Below are positions 59,128 through 64,000 of a stretch of 64,000 bases of DNA, in pieces. Both the position numbers and the translations under genes were made by a program. Source of the DNA: an uncultured Verrucomicrobiae bacterium (lineage in GTDB: Bacteria > Verrucomicrobiota > Verrucomicrobiia > Chthoniobacterales > JAFAMB01). The stretch lies in assembly GCA_963762565.1 (NCBI GenBank), contig CAVXLD010000003.1, forward strand, positions 512,001 through 576,000, written 5' to 3'. The notes under the pieces are model-generated. The model did not search any database. It worked only from the letters and a program-made list of their open reading frames with translations, and was not told the origin of the DNA. Every line of letters begins with the position of its first letter. Position 1 is the first letter of the stretch.

Positions 59128-59757
59128 ATGCAGATTAGAAATGCAAACCCATCGATCCAAGTAACCGGAAGACATGTCAGCGTTACCGAGGCAATGAAGG
59201 AGTATTGCCGTCGGAAGGCATCAACGCTTCACCTTGATTACCCCAAAATTATTGAGGTGCAGGTTATTCTTGATGTGCAGAAATATCGGCATCAAGCGGA
59301 AGTGATTTTGCACTGCAGCAATCACATCACTCTAGAAGCGAGCTCCACGTCGAATGACATGTACGCGTCGATCGATCAGGTTATGCTGCGCATTGCCCGG
59401 CAAATGCGGAAGTGTAAGACCCGCTTAATAATGCGCAACCATCGTCCAGGACGGCAACAACTAGGACGTGAGATGGCTGAGAACTCAGCTAAGTGGCGCT
59501 GGCTCACAAGCAAAGCGGCATTGGACGGCACTTCAATCGAGGAGTTTGAAAACGAGGAAAAGGTAAGCGGCGAGCCCGAATTGATCCAAACCGAGAAATA
59601 TCCGGTAAAACCGATGTCACCTGAGGAAGCGGTTTTGCAGATGGAGTTTTCGAAGAAACAATTCCTGGTTTTTCTGAATGCGAAAACGGAAAAAGTGAGT
59701 GTGCTGTATCGACGAAAGCATGGCGACTTCGGCCTGATTGAGCCAACTTTCACCTAA
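59128..59757 (+). CDS. hpf: Ribosome hibernation promoting factor (long HPF)
   Basis: VTGRHVSVTEAMKEY, DMYASID, KPMSPEEAVLQM, YRRKHGDFGLIE. Confidence 0.93.
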   Translation: MQIRNANPSIQVTGRHVSVTEAMKEYCRRKASTLHLDYPKIIEVQVILDVQKYRHQAEVILHCSNHITLEASSTSNDMYASIDQVMLRIARQMRKCKTRLIMRNHRPGRQQLGREMAENSAKWRWLTSKAALDGTSIEEFENEEKVSGEPELIQTEKYPVKPMSPEEAVLQMEFSKKQFLVFLNAKTEKVSVLYRRKHGDFGLIEPTFT

Positions 59758-59821
59758 CGCGTTCGCGCAGCCATTGACGAACTGAGTGACCGACAGACTC
59801 ACTGACTTTGTGAGAAGATGA

Positions 59822-59923
59822 GGTAGGGACGAGCTCCGGCTCGTCCCTTGATTTTAACAACCGCGGCCATGCTGAATCATCGGAGGACACGTGCCAACGG
59901 ACGAGCAGAGGCTCGTCCCTACC
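59822..59923. repeat. REP doublet
   Basis: ggtagggacgagc..gctcgtcc ... ggacgagc..gctcgtccctacc. Confidence 0.75.
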
Positions 59924-59954
59924 GTTCCATCGAGCCAAATGATTTATCCGCCCG

Positions 59955-60911
59955 ATGATCAAAGGCAAACGTCCGTTCATCGAGGTCGGTGAGTTTTACA
60001 GCCGGCACGCGGAAGCTCTTCAGCTCAAATTAGTCGGGCCGGCAATTGGGTTTGACCGCAAAGTCCGGGAGCCAACCATTAATCGGCCCGGCCTAGCGCT
60101 TTCCGGTTTTTTTGTCTACTTCGCCGGAAAACGGATCCAAGTCCTAGGGAACGCCGAATCGAGTTATTTGAAAAGTCTCGACGAGGCGGAAGAGCGCGCG
60201 CGTTGTTTCCAGCTCTGCGCTCAACACATCCCGTGTGTAGTGGTCTCGCGCAGTCTTCCGGTACCGCGTGGTCTACTTGAGGCAGCTGCTGAACATCATG
60301 TGGCCATATTCCGGACCCCGCTGGTCACGATGCGATTCATCAACGCGGCCACGATCGCCCTGGAGATGGATTTCGCGCCGACCTGTACCGAACATGGCAG
60401 CATGGTCGATATTATGGGGATAGGAACCCTGATTCGGGGAAGTAGTGGAATTGGCAAGAGCGAATGCGTGTTGGGCCTGATTGAACGGGGCCACAGCCTG
60501 GTCAGCGACGATGTGACCCGATTCCGGGCGATCGAGGGACGAGAGTTAGTCGGTACAGCTCCCGACCTGACCCGATATCACATGGAAGTGCGAGGTCTCG
60601 GCATCATCAATGTTGCATCCATCTTTGGCGTCGGCAGTATACGCCTGGAGAAGCGCCTTGACTTAGTCGTAACCCTCGTGGATTGGCACGAACTGGAAGA
60701 GGTTGATAGGATTGGACTTGAACGGGAATATTATGACATCCTCGGGATTCGTATTCCCCATATCACCATTCCGGTACGTACCGGGCGAGACCTTGCCCGT
60801 TTGGTGGAAGTTGGGGCGCTGGACCAGAAGCTAAAAAGTTTGGGCCAAAACAGCGCAGTGGAATTTAATCAGCGGCTATTGAGCTTGATGCAAAAGAACA
60901 AGGAGAAGTAA
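59955..60911 (+). CDS. hprK: HPr kinase/phosphorylase
   Basis: INRPGLAL.G, G.SGIGKSE..L.LI.RGH.LV.DD, MEVRGLGII. Confidence 0.97.
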   Translation: MIKGKRPFIEVGEFYSRHAEALQLKLVGPAIGFDRKVREPTINRPGLALSGFFVYFAGKRIQVLGNAESSYLKSLDEAEERARCFQLCAQHIPCVVVSRSLPVPRGLLEAAAEHHVAIFRTPLVTMRFINAATIALEMDFAPTCTEHGSMVDIMGIGTLIRGSSGIGKSECVLGLIERGHSLVSDDVTRFRAIEGRELVGTAPDLTRYHMEVRGLGIINVASIFGVGSIRLEKRLDLVVTLVDWHELEEVDRIGLEREYYDILGIRIPHITIPVRTGRDLARLVEVGALDQKLKSLGQNSAVEFNQRLLSLMQKNKEK

Positions 60912-61211
60912 ATGGGGTTATTGAACAAACGTTCGGGGCCAGAAAAAGTTAAGCGAGAGGTGACCATCGTGAACAAGCTTGGTCTCCACGCTCGCCCTGC
61001 CGCGATGTTTGTCCGGGTCGCGAATAAGCATCGGGCTGAGATTTGGGTCGAAAAAGACGGGGAACAGGTGAATGGCAAAAGCATCATGGGACTAATGATG
61101 CTGGCTGCCGGTCAGGGAACGAAGCTATTGATTTCCGCAGAAGGTTCCGATGCCGACAAAGCGGTGCAAGAGCTTGAGACGCTGATTGAAGGCAAGTTTA
61201 ATGAGGAATGA
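60912..61211 (+). CDS. ptsH: Phosphocarrier protein HPr
   Basis: GLHARPA, NGKSIMGLMML. Confidence 0.97.
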   Translation: MGLLNKRSGPEKVKREVTIVNKLGLHARPAAMFVRVANKHRAEIWVEKDGEQVNGKSIMGLMMLAAGQGTKLLISAEGSDADKAVQELETLIEGKFNEE

Positions 61212-61291
61212 CGTTTAGGGCGCTACATTTTACGCAAAACCTTTCTTTCTAATCGAATCTTCCGTTTCTTTCATTAGGTTCTGATCGCGAA

Positions 61292-63067
61292 ATGAGTGAT
61301 GAGGAAGTACGGCTTCGAGGTGTCGGCGTTTCCGCCGGAATTAGTCGCGGCACTGTCTTCATCCACCATCCCGAGGATGAAGAACCACCGAAGAAGAAGA
61401 TAGATAGCAGCGACGTGCCGGCAGAAATTGCTCGGTTCGAGGCTGCTCTTATTGCCACCCGGGCGCAGATCCTGGAGATGCAGCAGAAGATCGCGGAGGC
61501 AATCGGCGCCAAGGACGCAAGTATCTTCGATGCGCATCTCCTGGTGGTCGAAGATCACACGCTGATTGACGAGGTGTTACGCACTCTGCAGCGCGATCTG
61601 TGGAATGTAGAGTTTATCTTTTCCGAGGTCGCCAACCGTTATGCCCGCACGCTGAGCGAGATCGATGATCCCTATCTGAGGGAGCGGGCCTTCGATATCC
61701 ACGACGTCACTAAACGGATCATCCGCAATCTGCTCGGTCGATCCGGACGGCCGCTATCACAGATGGAGGAGCCGCACATCATCCTGGCCCATAATCTTAC
61801 TCCGTCTGATGCAGCTAATTTGAATCGGCAGTTTGTGCTCGGTATCGCCACGGATATTGGGAGCCGGACTTCGCACACGGCCATCATGGCTCGGTCGTTG
61901 AATATCCCGGCTGTAGTGGGCCTGAAAGACGCCAGTACACGTCTTAAAAACGGCGATCACATTCTGTTGGATGGCAATACTGGGTTGTTGATTCTCAATC
62001 CAGCAGATCAGGCCCTGTGGGAGTACGGAGAATTAGAGGTACGCCTGGAGAAGGTGGAAGAGCAGTTGACCACCCTCAGGGAGACCGCGTGTATCACCAC
62101 CGACGGCACGGAGATTATCCTTTCGGCAAATATCGAGCTTCCCGAGGATGTGAATCTCGTCAACCAGGCTGGCGCCAGGGGTGTCGGGCTCTATCGAACT
62201 GAGTTTTTTTTCCTGAACAAGACTGAACTGCCAAACGAGGAAGATCAGTTCCGGGCCTACCAAGCGGTTGCTCAGGCCATCCACCCGCACAGCGTCATTA
62301 TTCGCACCTTGGACTTAGGTGGAGACAAGTTTCTGAGTCATTCTCACATGCCGATGGAGATCAATCCGTTTCTGGGTTGCCGAGCGATCCGGTTTTGTCT
62401 GGACCGACCGGATATCTTCAAGGCTCAGCTTCGAGCGATTCTGCGCGCGAGTGTGGGTGGTAATGTGAGCCTTATGTATCCCATGATTTCGGGTCTATCC
62501 GAGCTGCGCCAAGCCAATGAGGTCTTAGAAAGTTGCCGGGCTGAGCTGCGTGAGGATGGGGTCGCGTTTAACGAGGAGATGGAGATCGGTATCATGATCG
62601 AAATACCGAGCGCTGTCTTAGTGGCTGACGCTCTGGCCAAGGAAGCGGACTTCTTTAGTATCGGTACGAACGATTTGATTCAATACACCGTGGCGGTCGA
62701 CCGGGTGAATGAGCGCATTGCCCATCTTTATGAGCCGACGCATCCCGCCATTGTTCGTCTTTTGGAGATGACGGTAGAGGCGGCGCACTCGAACGATATT
62801 TGGGTCGGTGTCTGCGGGGAGATGGCGGGTGAGGTGACTTTGACGCCGCTACTCGTCGGCCTAGGGGTTGATGAACTGAGCGCTAGCCCTGGTCTGGTGC
62901 CGCGCGTGAAGAAAGCAGTTCAGACGTTGAACGCGAAAGAATGCGCCCAACTCGCCGCCGAGATCCGCGCCATGACATCGGCCAATGAGATCTTAGCGAA
63001 ATGCGAGGCGGTAGCCCGCAACCACTATCCTGAGCTGTTGACGATGTCGGGAGGGGGGGAGGCGTAA
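61292..63067 (+). CDS. ptsI: PTS enzyme I
   Basis: SHTAIMAR, GLYRTEF, RTLDLGGDK, SIGTNDL.QY, CGEMAG; no GAF domain. Confidence 0.95.
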   Translation: MSDEEVRLRGVGVSAGISRGTVFIHHPEDEEPPKKKIDSSDVPAEIARFEAALIATRAQILEMQQKIAEAIGAKDASIFDAHLLVVEDHTLIDEVLRTLQRDLWNVEFIFSEVANRYARTLSEIDDPYLRERAFDIHDVTKRIIRNLLGRSGRPLSQMEEPHIILAHNLTPSDAANLNRQFVLGIATDIGSRTSHTAIMARSLNIPAVVGLKDASTRLKNGDHILLDGNTGLLILNPADQALWEYGELEVRLEKVEEQLTTLRETACITTDGTEIILSANIELPEDVNLVNQAGARGVGLYRTEFFFLNKTELPNEEDQFRAYQAVAQAIHPHSVIIRTLDLGGDKFLSHSHMPMEINPFLGCRAIRFCLDRPDIFKAQLRAILRASVGGNVSLMYPMISGLSELRQANEVLESCRAELREDGVAFNEEMEIGIMIEIPSAVLVADALAKEADFFSIGTNDLIQYTVAVDRVNERIAHLYEPTHPAIVRLLEMTVEAAHSNDIWVGVCGEMAGEVTLTPLLVGLGVDELSASPGLVPRVKKAVQTLNAKECAQLAAEIRAMTSANEILAKCEAVARNHYPELLTMSGGGEA

Positions 63068-63196
63068 TCAGTGAGAAGTGAGCAGTGATTCGTGAGAGGT
63101 GATTGGTGGCGCAGAGCGGCGCTGCGATAATCACATAAGTCCCATAGGTCCTATCCGCGACTAGGCCCTAAAAGCCGTTACGTCCGGGCGTCTTTC

Positions 63197-63604
63197 TCAA
63201 CGCCGCTTATAATAATTAGTCACCCGGCACTCGCAGAGCTGGTTCTTGGTTTCTTCGTGGATGATTTGTACGGAGTGAACCGCGAGAGCGTGTGATCGGC
63301 GCAAGACGCGGGCAACGGCAATGACGTGGCCTGAGGTTGCCGAACGCAGATGTGAGCCGTTGATCTCGATTCCGACCGGTATCACTTCTTCAGGATTAAT
63401 ATCCCAAGCTGAATGCATGCTGGCAGCGCTTTCCGCCAGCAGCAGGCTAATGCCGCCGTGTAAGAGGCCGAATGGTTGCCGAGTCGCGTTTGTGATGGGG
63501 ATTCGCAGGGTCAACCCTTTTTCGTCCACCGATACGACCTCAGCGGCTAGAGGCTCGAGCGCCGTGTTGGGAATGAGCTGTTGAAAGTCAGCCAGCGATT
63601 TCAA
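63197..63604 (-). CDS. PaaI family hotdog thioesterase
   Basis: RQPFGLLHGG, AESAAS, GIEINGSHLR. Confidence 0.92.
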   Translation of the reverse strand: MKSLADFQQLIPNTALEPLAAEVVSVDEKGLTLRIPITNATRQPFGLLHGGISLLLAESAASMHSAWDINPEEVIPVGIEINGSHLRSATSGHVIAVARVLRRSHALAVHSVQIIHEETKNQLCECRVTNYYKRR

Positions 63605-63667
63605 AACTGAGCCCCGGAATAGTTGACCATAAAAGCGCGGATTCGAGCCAGCTCGACGGTCACCCGG

Positions 63668-64000
63668 CTACACCGGGTGCTGTTTGATCCACGCGAGAGT
63701 ATCAGCCGCACTTTTGTCCGGCGGAAATACCGGATAGAGAACGTGAGTAATCACCGCATCATCAACGATCAAGGTGAGGCGTTTAATCAGGGTTTCGCCA
63801 TCAAAGTCAAATGTGGGCAGGTTCAGTGTATGAGTGAAGGCCAGTTTTTCATCGGAAACGAGCAGATAGGGTAAATGCAGCCGTTCGGCGGCTTCTCGTT
63901 GATAGCTGGAACTCTGGGTGCTTAGCCCGAACACCTGTTTCACGCCCGCCCGCTGCACATTAGCGTACTCGTCTCGGAACCCACAATTCTGTGGCGTGCA
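63668..64000 (-). CDS. Peroxiredoxin/redoxin family protein, C-terminal part; runs off the window end
   Basis: CTPQNCGFRD at the window edge, VFGLSTQ, LKRLTL-like motif, YPVFPPD. Confidence 0.85.
   Translation of the reverse strand, partial: CTPQNCGFRDEYANVQRAGVKQVFGLSTQSSSYQREAAERLHLPYLLVSDEKLAFTHTLNLPTFDFDGETLIKRLTLIVDDAVITHVLYPVFPPDKSAADTLAWIKQHPV

Noticed and set aside
1..64000. tRNA, rRNA, prophage, reverse transcriptase or RAYT genes
   Set aside because: No recognisable signatures by eye. tRNAscan-SE, Infernal and HMM searches would be needed to exclude them formally.

Overview
Bacterial chromosomal window of roughly 55% GC. Gene content (a Verrucomicrobia/Planctomycetes-type 134-aa protein, DUF1844, and kdsA-lptCAB-hpf-hprK-ptsH-ptsI without rpoN) suggests a soil Verrucomicrobiota such as Chthoniobacterales; this is inference. 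The first ~19 kb is accessory: a solA-like oxidase, a frameshifted IS1182 with a 43-bp target duplication, several pseudogenes, a vapBC toxin-antitoxin module and secreted proteins. The rest is mostly housekeeping and transport genes (SPFH pair, oxlT, cbpAM, der, ppaC, amino-acid, sulfate and metal ABC transporters, LPS transport, PTS). No rRNA, tRNA or CRISPR array was seen. The most unusual signal is intergenic: at least 8-10 families of short REP/REPIN/heptamer repeats are nested inside each other. Two 22-33 bp hairpin micro-elements sit at precise positions inside other repeat families. Inverted repeat pairs bracket whole genes (vapBC, a GlsB/YeaQ gene, an LprI-like fragment). Repeats also supply stop codons and a signal-peptide core. 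No candidate mobilising enzyme for these repeats is encoded in the window. Product calls come from motif recognition only; no searches were run.
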